From Felis catus (Eukaryota): a DNA stretch of 64,000 nucleotides. Positions 37,846 through 50,700 of this stretch are shown one piece after another (the stretch's first letter is position 1; each line of letters opens with the position of its first letter). Position numbers and translations under genes: made by a program. The stretch covers positions 149,050,001-149,114,000 of the forward strand of contig NC_058368.1 of NCBI RefSeq assembly GCF_018350175.1, given 5' to 3'. The notes below the pieces were generated by a model that ran no database searches, was not told the DNA's origin, and worked only from the letters and a program-made list of their open reading frames with translations.

Positions 37846-38249
37846 AGGAATGAGAGATTAAAAAGTACAAACTGAATTTATAGAGGACAGAAAGGTGAAT
37901 GAAGATGTCAACAAGACTCAAGCTCATTTGCTCTGCAAATCCCCAGAAAGCTTCATAATTGGAAGCACTAGTTGCCACAGGAGTCTGCAGTAAAGCAGAG
38001 ATGACAAATCTAAAGAAAGAGCATGTAAAGATCCTCCCTCCTGTCTCAACCAGGCAAATACTGCTCTCTTATGTTTGAAGGAAGTGGGAAAATAATTCTC
38101 TAGAAAAAAATAGAACCAGAAAAGATCTGGACTTGAGAAAAATAGGCACAGAAAAGAGAGAAAATGCTGTGATGGACTGAAAATAAAGGATTAATTATAA
38201 ATCAAGTGGGCATATTAATTGCCCCAAGGCAAGAGGTTAAAAGACCTTT

Positions 38250-38719
38250 TCCTGAGGAACCTGGAACACACCAGAGAAGAGACTTACATAAAGCGACATT
38301 TAAGGGTCTTCCACTGGAAGAATCGTTCCAGTAAAACCAATCTGTAGACAAGACTGAGCAGGACCATAAAACTTCTAAATTTTCCTTAATTACTGATTTA
38401 AATATGAGTGAAACTAGAAAACATTGTGAAAAATTTACCAAACTTCCACTATTACAAACCAAGACAATGGACAAACAGAAGAAACAGCTTAAAGATAATA
38501 TATACAGAGAGTAAACACATGCATTAATTCATGAATCATAGCAAGATGCTAAAAATATGATTAGAAGGGCGCCTGGGTGGCTCAGTCAGTTAAGCATCCA
38601 ACTTCAGCTCAAGTCATGATCTCATGGGTTCATGCCCTGCATCAGGCTCTGTGCTGACAGCTCAGAGCCTGGAGCCTGCTTTGGAAGCTGTGTCTCCCTC
38701 TCAGCCCTCTCCCCATGTG

Positions 38720-38771
<52 letters not shown>

Positions 38772-39800
38772 TAAACATTAAAAAATTTTTTTAAAGAAAC
38801 CGTAAAGAAAAAAATCAACAGAAGTGCCAAACTGTTGGAAAATAAAATTCAAGAAATATGGTAAGTAGAAAAAAATGCAAAAGAAAGAAAATAGGAGGAA
38901 AGGAAATAAAAGTTCAAGAAAATTAGCATCTAATAGGAATCCCTGAACTAGGAATGCAAAAGATAAAAAGCATTCTGAAGAAATAATATAAGAACATATT
39001 CCAGTACTGAAGAAAACGAGTCTACAGATGGGAAAAAAAAAAACCCAAGAACCCAGCACAATTATTGGGAAAAATTTCACCACAAGATGAAACACTGGGA
39101 ATTTTCAGAAACCTGATACTAAGAGAACATTAACAGCTTCCAGAGAAATGGCTCATGCTATTAGTATGGGACTTTTCAATACAAATATTAAGTTATATAA
39201 TTATGGAACAAAATGATTATAATGATTATGATGACAAAATTATTGTACATGGAACAAAATCCTGAGAAAAAAAATACTTTATAATGTCTACCTATCCTAA
39301 ATATCAGTCAAGTGTGCAATAAGAATTAAAATGGTTCAGACATGTGTAATCCTTTAAAAATGTACTTTCCATGTAGATTTCTCAGAAATCTATTAAACTA
39401 TATATTCCATCAAAACAAGTAAACCAAGAAAATTAATCCAAGAATCCAAGAATCAGAGGATCCAACACAGAAAAGAGGCAAAAGTATCCCTCAAAATAGA
39501 GGGTGGCCAGCAAGCCCATAGTATAACCAGTCTGGATGGCAAAGGCAAATGGAAGCTTCCAGGAGATGCTCAAGAATAGAAAAACAGAATTAATAGCTAA
39601 GTTGATAGCTTTAACTATTTAGAAACACACACATACACTCACACTTCTGGAAAATAAAATATTCTTCAAAGGAGGAAAAGATATAATAGTAGATTTCTTA
39701 GCTCAAAAATAATTACTTATATTGTTTTAATAATATAAACACTGAATATTCACTTCAGCAAAAATTAAACTATTAATTTAGAGGATGAGGGAAGAGAAAA
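38250..39800 (+). mobile_element. HAL1 (half-L1), with a Can-SINE at 38567-38795
   Basis: ORF1-like text (ctaataggaatccctgaa..gaaataatataagaacatattccag) followed by the HAL1-type 3' region gaggatccaacacagaaaagaggcaaaag. Confidence 0.7.
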
Positions 39801-41059
39801 GAATGTATAAGAGAACTCCTCTTATTAGTGAAAAAATGGATCTTAATAATGAGACCTACAAAACAATGGCATATAGAAGATGGAGATTTCATTTTCTCTC
39901 TCTCAAACACACGATGTTTAAATGTAGTCCTCCTTTGCTACAGGCGATCATTATTGTCCTAGTTTCCTTCTATTTTTCTTCTGTATTCTGACAATTGGAT
40001 TCTACATTAACTTTCTCTTTTGTCATAATAAACTACTACAAATTAAGTGGCTTAAAAATACAAATTTACTATCTTATAGTTCCATAGGTCAGACGTCCAA
40101 CATGAGTCTTACTAAACTAAAATTAAAGTGTCAGTAGGATTGCATTCCTTACTGAGGCATTAGGGAAGAATTGGTTTCCTTGCCATCCTCAGTTTCTAGA
40201 GACCACCTAAATTCCTTGGCTTTTGGTTTGTTTTATTAGTGGAGCAAAAAGGGAACCAAGTTCCACCAATTCAATGGTAAATACTTCTCTTCTGGGTATG
40301 TCCTGAGATTTAAAGCCAATCTTGAAGACACAGAGACAGCAAACTCACTGCCTGAATTTCAACAGTTATTTGTATTTGGAGGAATAAGTTTGTGGATAAA
40401 GCAGAGAAAAGTCAAAGCAGACTTCCCACAGTGAGATACTATTTTATAAAAATGATGTCAATGCAAATGTGACTTACAATGATATTTTTTAGCAGGTTTA
40501 CTTTTCCTCCATCTGACTGTACAAGTGTTGCATGGTTCCATTAACTTTGAGATGTGCTTCAAGTATCTTTCCACATCTCAGTTACCATCCTATGAGAGAC
40601 ACGACTGGAGTGTGGGTGGGGGTGGGGTGGAGCTTTGGTAGAACAGTCTCCTGGATGATGTCTTATATAGGAGCCAAAGTGAATGGGAGACAGAACACTT
40701 CCTCCTCCCCTCCAGTGAAACGTTGTGTGGGTTCCTCTTTCTTTTCAGAGACAGCCTTTCTGGGAAGTAATACTAGGTAGTCTTTTTTTTACAATCATTT
40801 CAAATGTTTTCCCTGAGATGTTGCAGAACACATTCTTTACTGTTAGTAAGCTAAAAGGCTGAGTGGGAACTGAGGGAAACATCCTTCCCCTCAATATTCT
40901 TTTTCCACTTTCAGTGAATGCTCTTATTTTGTGCACCATAGGCCAACAACTGCTGATCTCATCAGCCTGTAAACTCCCTGTGAATTGGTGGTGAACCATT
41001 TACTCAACCAGCTGGGCCTTGTAATCTTATTGTATTTTCTAAGAAGCAAGTAGTTTTAA

Positions 41060-41088
41060 TCAAGTTGTTTATTAGAGAAACAAAACCA

Positions 41089-41137
<49 letters not shown>

Positions 41138-42535
41138 GGAAAAGAGAAGAGGGAAAGAGACAGGAAAAGACATTTATTATAAGGAATTGACTCTTGCAAT
41201 TATAGGGGATGACAAGTCCCAAGATCTGCAATGGTAAGCTAAAGACTCAAGAGAGCCAATGGTATAGTTCTGGTAGTTCTGACAGAGTAGGCACTTAGCT
41301 AGATTAGAGCAAAGAACCACTGAAAAAGATAACAACCAGTGAAAAAGATAAAACTCAAAAAGATATCTAAAAGATAGAAACCTCTAACCACCTGCAGGGC
41401 TGCAAAGGGAAAGTTTCCCACAATTGGTGGTAAAAACCCTGGGGCACACGTGTGCACTCTTCCCCATAACCACTGCCCTAAAGTTACCTTTAGCTTCATT
41501 ACAATACATTTACCTCACGGTTTTGACCTGCCTTGAGGGGGATGGCTGCCATGACTGGTCCCCTAAGGACCATACTTGGTCATAGGCTACCCTCTAGTGA
41601 CTTGTAGGAGGAGACTCCCGGGTGATTGGAGAACAAAGACCGCCCATAGTGAGACTCTTCAACCCAGATTCAGGTAAGACCCCCCTTACCCCAGTACAGA
41701 TGCCGCTTCTGGGCTTGTCTCCTTTCCCACCTTTAGGGTGTACTTTAGCTTTGACCCCTGTTAAACACTAGCTTGCTTAAGAGTTTGGCTCCAAATTATT
41801 TCTTGGCAGAACTCAAGAACCGACACTGGAGCGGGGGGAACAGGACTCAAAACTAATGTCTATAGTCCAAACACTGGCAAGCTCAAGAACCAGAAAAAGC
41901 CTGTGTTTCAGTTCATATCCAAAGAAGGGAAAATGCTGATGTCACAGCCCAAAGGTAGGAAGGCAGTAAGAATTTTTCTTAGGTAGGGGAGGACCGGCCT
42001 TTTTTGTCTATTTAGGCCTTCAGTTCATTGGATGACAGACGACAAATTGCTTTGCTCAGTCTACCAATTTATTTTTTTAATTTTTTTTAACGTTTATTTA
42101 TTTTTGAGACAGAGAGAGACAGAGCATGAATGGGGTAGGGTCAGAGAGAGGGAGACACAGAATCTGAAACAGGCTCCAGGCCCCGAGGGGGTCAGCACAG
42201 AGCCCGATGCGGGGCTCGAACTCACGGACCGTGAGATCATGACCTGAGCTGAAGTCAGCCGCTTAATCGACTGAGCCACCCAGGCGCCCCCAATTTAAAT
42301 GTTAAGCCCATCCATTGAGTATTATATATAAGTGATGAATCACTAAATTCTACTTCTGGAACTAATATTACACTGCATGTTAATTAACTAGCATTTAAAT
42401 AGAAACTTGAAACAAAACATACATACATAAATGTTAAGCTCGTACAAAATACCCTCACAGAAACACCCAGAATAATATTTGACCAGATATCCAGGCCCCC
42501 TGTGGTCAAGCTGACATATAAATGTAATCATCACA
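41060..42535 (-). mobile_element. MLT2 (ERVL) LTR carrying an ERV LTR (~41271-41850), a Can-SINE (42067-42290) and an L1 3' stub (~42315-42425)
   Basis: agagaaacaaaaccaat(TG)n..atttattataaggaattgactc..ccctcacagaaacacccagaataat..aatcatcaca. Confidence 0.85.
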
Positions 42536-44000
42536 AGCAGCTTGCTTGTTAAAAGACATTTCCTTCTGTGACTGACTCCATCTCTAGTGATTTCCAAAGA
42601 AGTGGTGAGCCTTTTTCAAAGAACAGCTGAAATCCATGGCAGTACATTCCAAGACAACTAAAAGCTGGCTTCATTCATTCATTCATTCATTCATTCATTC
42701 ATTCATTCAGCTGTGTGTGGTTGGTGTGGGTTTGTTTTTGCAATTAATTTTGATATATACTTATTTGTTTTAAATACACTTCTTGAACACTGGAATCACC
42801 AACTCTCTAGAACCATAACTGTGAAAAAAAAAATGCTTACATCTTTAAGAAAGTCAGATATTCTTCATAGAGTTTCTTTTTGTTTTTAAAAAAGTAGGTT
42901 TCTCTCTAACCCTTCTTAAATTATCATGTCTCTTTCTGACCACAGCTAGGAAAGGTCTTTGTTTTTAAAGAATCATGTATCCATATCCTTAATCACACCT
43001 GCAAAGTCCTTTTTGCCACGTAAAGCAACATAGTCACACATTCCTGGGATTAGAACATGGATGTCATTGAGGACTACTATGGGCTGTATTTCTGCTGACA
43101 ACCTCTCCTTTTCTTGGTGTGATTTCATGATCACAAGAAAGGTGTTGCAATTAGTCACTATTTCCTTCTTCCCAGAAGAAGAAAAGATTTAGAGGGAATT
43201 GTAAGCAGTGCCTGCCAGCTGATTCACTCCCCTTTTTAGGAAGCTTCATTAGAAACCTATCTAGCAATTTCCATCTTCATCTAATTGAACTAATTGGGTG
43301 TCACATGAGACCTAGCACACTAAACTATTATAAGTCAATAAACTATGACCAAAATCTATAAATTAAACAATAGAAAAATTAGTATAGTATATAGAACTAT
43401 GAGTTAAATTCAAGAAAAAATAACTATGAATTGCAGATTTTTTTTTCGGGAGAATGGAATATGCATATGGAAGGAAAGTGGGGAGAGATGTTACAGCACT
43501 ATATAACTCATTAAAAATGTGCCTGCCTGCTTTAGTAAAAAGCAAAATAAAATAAAAATAGATCTGTAGATTAGCACCCATATCATCCTGGTTTTTACTC
43601 TAGACTTTGTACAAAAAATGGACCTCATGCCTAGAATTTCATCATTATATAAATGCAACTAGATTTTGTCCTCCAAGCAGTTGCAGAAAAGCCTCCCTCT
43701 GTAACTATATGGTATTTATCATTAATTTAAATGTTGGAATATTTAAAAATATATATCTCCACTGATTTTCTTACCACTAATACTCTATATAAATATTTAG
43801 TTTTTCAGTGTAAATTAGAAGCTCTTTGAAAACCAGAAAGTATTTGTACAGATTTTTTTTTAATTTTGTACTCAGCACCCCAATGGAGCTGTGTTTAATA
43901 GATGCTAAAGAGGAGATTCTAGAACGGAATTTCAAACGAGCATTCTTTGGCAACTGGGCTATCGCTCATTTTGATTAGCTAAGTTGTGCAATTTTCACAG

Positions 44001-44107
44001 GTTTCTCTTTAAGAAGAGAACTGGTTCAAAATGTTTTCCATGTGTTCGCACATACATAAAATACTAAACTAGAAAAATGAGACAGACTTTAGGATGATTC
44101 TTTCTCT
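44001..44107 (+). pseudogene. Fossil exon (VSL*EENWFKMF..MILS)
   Basis: attttcacag| acceptor, CT|gtgagt donor. Resembles TTC3 VSVLENWKE..LGLIS. Phase-2 end. Confidence 0.55.
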
Positions 44108-44212
44108 GTGAGTATCCTGCATTTCATAACGTGATTGCTGAACTTAGTTTTCTTTAACGCACCGTGTTCATTCACCATTCATTCAACGTTCTCCCTTTTG
44201 CTCTGAAAACAG

Positions 44213-44282
44213 GAAACTCAATTTCTGTGGTGCTCAATGGAACTTTTGACAATTTAATGAAGAAACCTCGAGAGTGCAGAGG
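44213..44282 (+). pseudogene. Fossil exon (KLNFCGAQWNF*QFNEETSRVQR)
   Basis: ctcccttttgctctgaaaacag| acceptor, AGG|gtaagc donor. Phase 2 in, phase 0 out. Resembles TTC3 RSWELFLSNVTKEIEKAK. Confidence 0.55.
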
Positions 44283-45009
44283 GTAAGCAAAGAGATTTTT
44301 TTCCCTCACATCAAGAAGTAGCGCTGAAGTGGTAAATATGCGGTTTTATTTCTGTTCTTAGTATTGTATCCTGGCCTGACTGCCCCTAGTTTTAAATTGG
44401 GAAGCATCTCAAAGAATTCTCTGAGCAATAACTATTTTTTCCATTTTCTTATGATTTGCTGCCTCTATTAGATGGGAGTAGTAGGCATTCACAGCTCGTT
44501 CAGACTGAAGTGGGATCGGTTCTTCCTACCACGCAGTTTTTTTACTGTTCATCTGCCCCTGCCCACCACTAACTGGGGAAATATGTTATAACCTATAAGC
44601 TCACAAAAGAATTTCAAGCTGTGTTCTGTTGTATCGTGGAAACATTATGCACGAGACATGACCCAGGGGTAGCAAGACAGGGGTAGCAATACACCTTGAG
44701 CCTGTGCTTTTCCTATGATTCTATTTAAAATCATCTAATGTATCTAGTCCTCTGAGGGAGTAAACAGGTGATCTGTATCACTCAGTGAATTATCCAAGCC
44801 AGGCTCAATTGCCTAAGAAAATCCTAGATGTGATGAAAGTTAACACTTCTCCCTGCTTAGAAAATTACGTTGTTAGTAACCATCCAGACACAAAATAATA
44901 ATGACAGTAATAATAATATTACGCTATATGACAAGAGAGATTCTGGGTCAAAATCTGATTTAAAAAAGAAAGATAAAGTGGTCTTAAAAACATTGGGATT
45001 AAGTTAAAT

Positions 45010-45342
45010 CTGTAATTCTCAACTGAGGTGATCTTGCCACCCCCCCACAGACAGTTGGTAATGTCTGGAAATATATTTGGTTGTCACAAACCAGGGGGTT
45101 CTACTGACTTCTAAAAAGCAAAGGCTAGAGATGCTGCTAACCAGAAGACAAAACACAGAACAGCCCATGCACAACAAAAGATTAAGCTAGCTTCAAATGT
45201 TAATAGTGCCATAGGTGTTGTATGGAATTGTTGAATCCCTATATTGTTCACCTGAAGCTAATATTATGCTGTATGTTAGTTGAATGGAATTTAAAGGAAA
45301 ACTTTGAAAAAATGTTAATAGTGCCAGATGGAAGAACCCCTA
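45010..45342 (+). mobile_element. MER20 with a ~100-bp carnivore L1 3' stub at ~45212-45309
   Basis: MER20 text interrupted by the stub; TSD aaatgttaatagtgcca. Confidence 0.85.
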
Positions 45343-45357
45343 GGCAGATGTTGCCAT

Positions 45358-45712
45358 CGACTGCATGTTGGTTGTGTCCCTAAAATTCATATATTGAAGC
45401 TTAATACCCATTGTGATGGTGTTTGATGGTGCACCTTGGGAGGTGATTAGGTCATGACAGTGGTGCTCTAGGAATGGTAGCTGTGCCTTTCTAAAAGAGA
45501 CCCTAACGAGGTTCCTGCACCCCTTCTACCATGTGAGGTTATAGCAAAAAGACATCCATCTGTGAATCAGAAAGCAAGTCCTCACCATACACTGAATCTG
45601 CCAGCACGTTGATCATGGACTTCCTGTCCTCCAGCACTGTGAGAAATAAATTTCTATTGTTTGTAAGCCACCCAGTTTTTGGAACTCAGTTGTAGCAGTC
45701 CAAAAGTACTGA
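45358..45712 (+). mobile_element. MLT1A-type MaLR LTR
   Basis: tgtccctaaaattcatatattgaagc..gtgagaaataaatttctattgtttgtaagccacccag. Confidence 0.9.
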
Positions 45713-45961
45713 TATTAATTTTAAAATCTATTTATTGCAGAAGGCAATGATAAAACTAAAAGAGTAACAAAAACTATAGTCCATTATTTTGGATCTTAAA
45801 ATGAGATAACCCTGATGTGCCACTATACTTTTAAAGTAGGCAGATAAAATCCCTGAATATCTCCTTAGAAGCAGATGCTGGTCATTTCAAAACTCTCAGT
45901 CCTTTCAGTAACTGTTAAGTTCAGCCTCTATTTCAGTTCTGATATTTCTAAGTTTTCTTAG

Positions 45962-46037
45962 AAATGTTATACATAGAAAACAGAGCTGGTGGAATACATT
46001 GTCCCTTATATAGCAGCAGAGTGTCTTCTGCCTCTAG
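45962..46037 (+). pseudogene. Fossil exon (KCYT*KTELVEYIVP..)
   Basis: gttttcttag| acceptor, G|gtgaaa donor. Phase 0 in, phase 1 out, fitting both neighbours. Weak match to TTC3 SQFEEQIKAIK. Confidence 0.45.
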
Positions 46038-47324
46038 GTGAAATTGATCTTTTCTAACAACTGTGTTTTAAGTACCTTCACTGCTCAAATGTCATCTTCT
46101 TGCTAAAGCCTTCCCAATTCCTCCAGGAGAGAATTTGTCATTTTCTCTCTGGTGTACATCTCCAAAGATACTTGGTGTACATCTTATTTACAACTCTTTT
46201 CAAATAGTATTACAAAATCTTGCTTATTATGTTCTGAAAGTCCAAAGTCTATGAGTTCATTCCACAATGAGATCACATCTTAGTTTTCTTAAAACTGAGC
46301 CCAGTGTCTGGAATAGAATGGATGCCTAATAAATAGGGATGGAATGAAAGAGAATGAGTACATAATTTGGTTTGTAAGATTGAGGAGGTCTTAATTTCAA
46401 CTTTAGACTCAGTGATACTGAATATGGCTTAAAACCCCATCCGTCCAAATCTTGCCTAAAGAATATAAAACAGATCACAAGTTACACTGTCTTCAGACTT
46501 TAGTGTCAGAGACTTGGAGAGTGCACAGCATTCTAGTGGGCAGGGCATAGAGAGACCATTAAATAACAGTCATTGTACATGCAGACACAGGAATGAAGGA
46601 AGGAAGGAAAGGGAAGAATAGTTCCCAAAAACTACCCAGGCATATAACCATTTATCGTTCTCCACCTTATACCCCCAGATGCTATCCTATGTCCTTGTGA
46701 AACAGGCTTCAAAGCAGAGAACAATTAGAGATTGAACTCTTTTTTCTTTTTTTTAACTCCAAAAAAAGGCTGAGTATTTCTTTTAAAACTGTTGAACTCA
46801 GTGGACTTCAAACAGAGGTACATGTGTCCTGGTGGTTAATGTAAACAACAGATGGTTTTACCAAAATCAATTCTAGATCCTCAAATCCCTTACGTCCTCT
46901 TTCTAAAAGCAAGGTGCCGGGCTTTTGTCCTTTCCCACATCAGTACTTGCTATAACCCTTTTTCCACTTTACAAAAGAGAAGCGTACATCTCATCACTCA
47001 AAATCCTATTATGGTGTAAGTACGGTGTACTTGAGGGTAGTATTACCTAAAGGAGGGCAAAACTTGCCAGGAGGCCAAACAAAATGACAATTTAAATACT
47101 AGTCTTTGTACAACCTTCTTGGATTGAGATGCTATAATCCCATGATAGAGTTTCACGCCTTATCCTAGTTTACACATATTTTATTTAAGGGTGAAGTGTG
47201 GTAATCGAAATGAGGTAGAGCTCTTCTGGTTCAGATATTTTGTAGAATAGAGTGAAGACAATTTCTATTTAATGTCACTAACTCTCTTATACAACTGACA
47301 AAGAGACTGAATCCCTCTTGACAG

Positions 47325-47730
47325 AGAGTCCTATGGGAGCCATGCAAAGATAGACTCCATATGAAAATTCAAAAGTGCCAGAATCTTATTTCATCCAGCC
47401 AAAAAAACAGATAGCAAAATCCATCCTTATTAACGCCCTCTGTTAGATTCACAATAGTCAAGATGTGTACAAAGTAACGTGCGAATCGCCTAACTCATTG
47501 CAAAGTGCACTGTCACAGCATTTTGACAATTCTCAGTAATGTGAAAAAGCTTGGTGATTACCCGCATTTACCCTTGTTGAAATCTGTGTGTCAGTTGCAT
47601 ATTTTGCATAATTCTGTATTAACTTTCAAAACATCACTGTCACATATTCAGGTGAAAGAAATAAATCCTGAATAAATTGGTATTTTGATTTCTCTTGGTA
47701 TTTTACTCAGATCTACAGGAAGAATATTTT
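47325..47730 (+). pseudogene. Fossil exon(s), pre-RING helical domain (HFDN..PAFTLVEI..VKEINPE*IGILISLGI)
   Basis: ccctcttgacag| phase-1 acceptor and a long near-open frame. Resembles TTC3 FNSIIEHLSVVFPCYNSTEL..IKKVRSKNKNSLSGLSI. Confidence 0.45.
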
Positions 47731-47926
47731 TTTTTTGTCAAAAAGTTCTTGAATACTAGAAATCCATATTCATTTATTACTTAGGTTACTTTGCACAATT
47801 CTATCACATTTTTAACACATTTATATTATGCATCAAAAATATATTCTGGATTCTGTTGGAAATCATATACTTAGCAACAATAATCAATACACTTTTTAAA
47901 CCCCAGTCTTCTAAAATTCTAACAAT

Positions 47927-47967
<41 letters not shown>

Positions 47968-48357
47968 TTGTAACTTTTACAAAGTTAGTTTAAATCTCCT
48001 CCTCAAAAGAAAAGCATCTACTTATTTATAGGCATAGGACAAATGCTCCCAAAGGTAGTCATTTAGATTAGATGATTATTAGATTATTCTAATCATTAGA
48101 ATAGCATTTTCATATATTTTGGATTGATTCTTCCCACAGAGTTGTTGATATGTTGTTTCAAATCTTCTTTCAATCCTTTATTCCAGTTTCCCAAAACTAC
48201 CCCAACTCTCCACTGCTTATATTTTCTGTCCTGTCATCAGTGAATCAAAATGGCACCCTGCTTTTTCTTTACATATAAATGGAGAACAAAAAATGTTGAG
48301 TCACAGTTTGGTTGAAAGTGTTATTTAGACCTGTTATAAAATTATTAAAGACATTTA

Positions 48358-48572
48358 AGGGTCTCCTGGGTGGTTCAGGCAGTTAAACATCTGACTTCAG
48401 CTTAGGTCATGATTTCACAGTTTGTGAATTTGAGCCCTGCATCAGGCTTTGTGCTGACAGCTGGGAGCCTGAAGCCTGCTTCAGATTCTGTGTCTCCCTC
48501 TCTCTCTGCCCCTGCTCTGCTCATACTCTGTCTCTGTCTGTCTCTCTCAAAAATTAATAAAACATTTTTAAA
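48358..48572 (+). mobile_element. Can-SINE
   Basis: TSD ttattaaagacatttaag. Confidence 0.93.
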
Positions 48573-50557
48573 ATGTTATTAAAGACATTTAAGTTCCATG
48601 TGAATTTGAGTAATTGCTGATTGGAAAAAGGTTCATTTACATTCTTGTTTCTTGAAACCTAGAAATATGTAAGGGTCTGCTTATTAGTTAATGATCTCAT
48701 ATAAAGTCACAATAAAATTGTCCTATCTGTAAATACAGTAGTTAATCAGTCACAAAGACAGCAGTACCCTAAAAAGAAAAAGCAAAAAAATTGAAATATA
48801 ATAATAAAGAATTCTGTATTGGGAAGATAAAATGCATGAATCTACTTTAAAATAGAATAACAAAAACAACACCAAACTTCTGAAATATAATACAGTGCAT
48901 TTGAAAAGTGGCATAGGAAGAATTGCATCCACAAGCAAGGTATATTCATAAGAAAGAGGGTGAATTGAAGCAAGATCTATTCCAAGAAGAAATTATGGAG
49001 AGAATTTTTTTACAATTGATTCACTTATATGTTTTCCTCAGAGATTTAAAACCAAATCATACTACCTAAATGGAAAAGCAAAAAAAGCTTGAAAGGAGAA
49101 AAAGAAAAGAATTTGTTTATAAGTTGTGGAATTTATTTTGTCTGATGAATGAAAAATACATTAATGTAACATGTGAAGCATTTCATGAGTTGAATACAGT
49201 GATTAAGAACTCTACCTCTGAGGCCAGACAAGCCTAGATTCCTTAACACCATGAAGTCTGTAGTTCCTATTTTTAATGTGAGACTGGTAGATTTATTGAG
49301 GGAAATAATACACGGCACATAACGAGCTTATTTCAGTGTCTCGTTACAAGGGAAGTCTTCCAAAGTCAGATATACTATCAGTGGAAACATAAATTGTGGG
49401 GGTCTTTCCTGAAAGGGGATTTTTATCCCCTTAGGGAGGCGATCTGAATACGTTCATGTTTGAAACGAGAGCAATACCTAAGGTAATTTTTGGAAAGAAT
49501 TTCTAGCTCTCTCACTGCACAGCCGCATTTCCATAGAATCAGAAGTTCTGCGTATGGCGAATACGACTAGATTATAGGTTATAAACTAGTTCAAATTAGC
49601 TTTTTAATTTTCCTTACAAATTCTCCAAATCATTTTTATCCTGGTCTGTGCTCAAGGAGCACATGATAGATGTTGACTCAATATATAGATCACTGATCTT
49701 ACCTACCTAATCACAGATAGCTATTTCTGTTGATCCATAGTGATTCTGTTGATCGCTCTGTTCACAGAAGATTTCTTATCTACCAGTCAGGACACAAACC
49801 TCTGTCATGTCAAAGGCAGCATCTCAGTACTAAAACCCACCTAAACACAGCAAGACACATTGTGCACAGAAATCGTGCGTTGCTAAGATGAAGACATTAT
49901 AATGAGATCAAGGTAATGAGCAGAATAACAATTTGCCAACGGAAGACAAATTTTCTTCCCTTGGAAAGAATGCCTACGGAGAATACCAACAAGAAAACAA
50001 TACCTCAAAATGCTTGTCTGGGATATATTTTATCATCAAGCAGCACATTTCTTATCGTGATGAAAAGGAAAACAGATCCATGGGTAGTGCTGATATGTTA
50101 ACATAGATAATGTGTTGCAGTAAACATTAATTTATCATTCCATTGCCAAGAAACCAAAGGAAATAAAATAATAAAGGAAGAAGGAAACCATAAAAGCAGA
50201 ACTGTATGCCCTGCATATGAAAATGGTAAAATAAAACTGAGGATAATTGGAAATCAATTAAAAGGTAAAATATTTAAAATCAAATTCTCTGGTTTTGAAA
50301 CAAAAGGAAGGGAGATTAATCTTCTGTTTCCTCTTAAATTAAAGTGACTATCATTTCAGCAAAACTTAACAGCCCTCCAAAAGAGAATAAATGAGCCGAT
50401 TGTGTACAACTTGGTAGCATATTGAAAACCTCAGTCGTGAGTGGAAATTCTCTTTTTCCACAAAGCTTTCCCCAAATATACTTATTAGCTTTATGTTAGC
50501 TGATCAGCATAGACATCTTCAATTATCCAGTTTTAAAAGGGAAGTCATCTGTCATCC

Positions 50558-50700
50558 TTTTGAGAGAGGGAAAGAGAGAATCCCAAGCTGACAGCCCAGA
50601 GCCTGCTTGAGATTCTCTCTCTCTCCCTCTCTCTCTGCCCCTCCAGCTGCTTGTACTCTCTAAACAAACAAGCAAACAAACAAACAAACATTTAAAAAAA
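50558..50700. mobile_element. Fold-back (inverted) Can-SINE fragment
   Basis: Antisense gagagagggaaagagagaatcccaagc is joined to sense ..gcttgagattctctctctctccctctctc and an A-rich tail. Confidence 0.75.

Larger units (their letters stand above)
2312..47730 (+). pseudogene. Intron-containing (unprocessed) pseudogene of a divergent TTC3/DZIP3-family TPR + E3 ubiquitin ligase gene
   Basis: About 20 AG/GT-bounded segments in non-repeat DNA translate to colinear matches with human TTC3 (recalled): FAKENFSKAINQNTR~FSKERFDIAIIYYTR; AWAERLCR~ALLEQRCR; LAKTCLCQEFKGLL..SNPRKLVLKKKENKKRK~LQGICLTPDCEGVI..SSLEKLRLKEDKKLKRK; IKSNILYNLIRLL~IKSGIQNTAMLL; RFVNFLVER*QL~YFSQFLEEHGPL; REIRTW~REIKKW; VSL*EENW~VSVLENW. 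Many stops and frameshifts. Confidence 0.75.

Noticed and set aside
47430..47660. CpG-containing segment with an octamer-like site, first read as an enhancer
   Set aside because: Better explained as decayed coding sequence of the fossil gene. A regulatory role cannot be shown from sequence alone.
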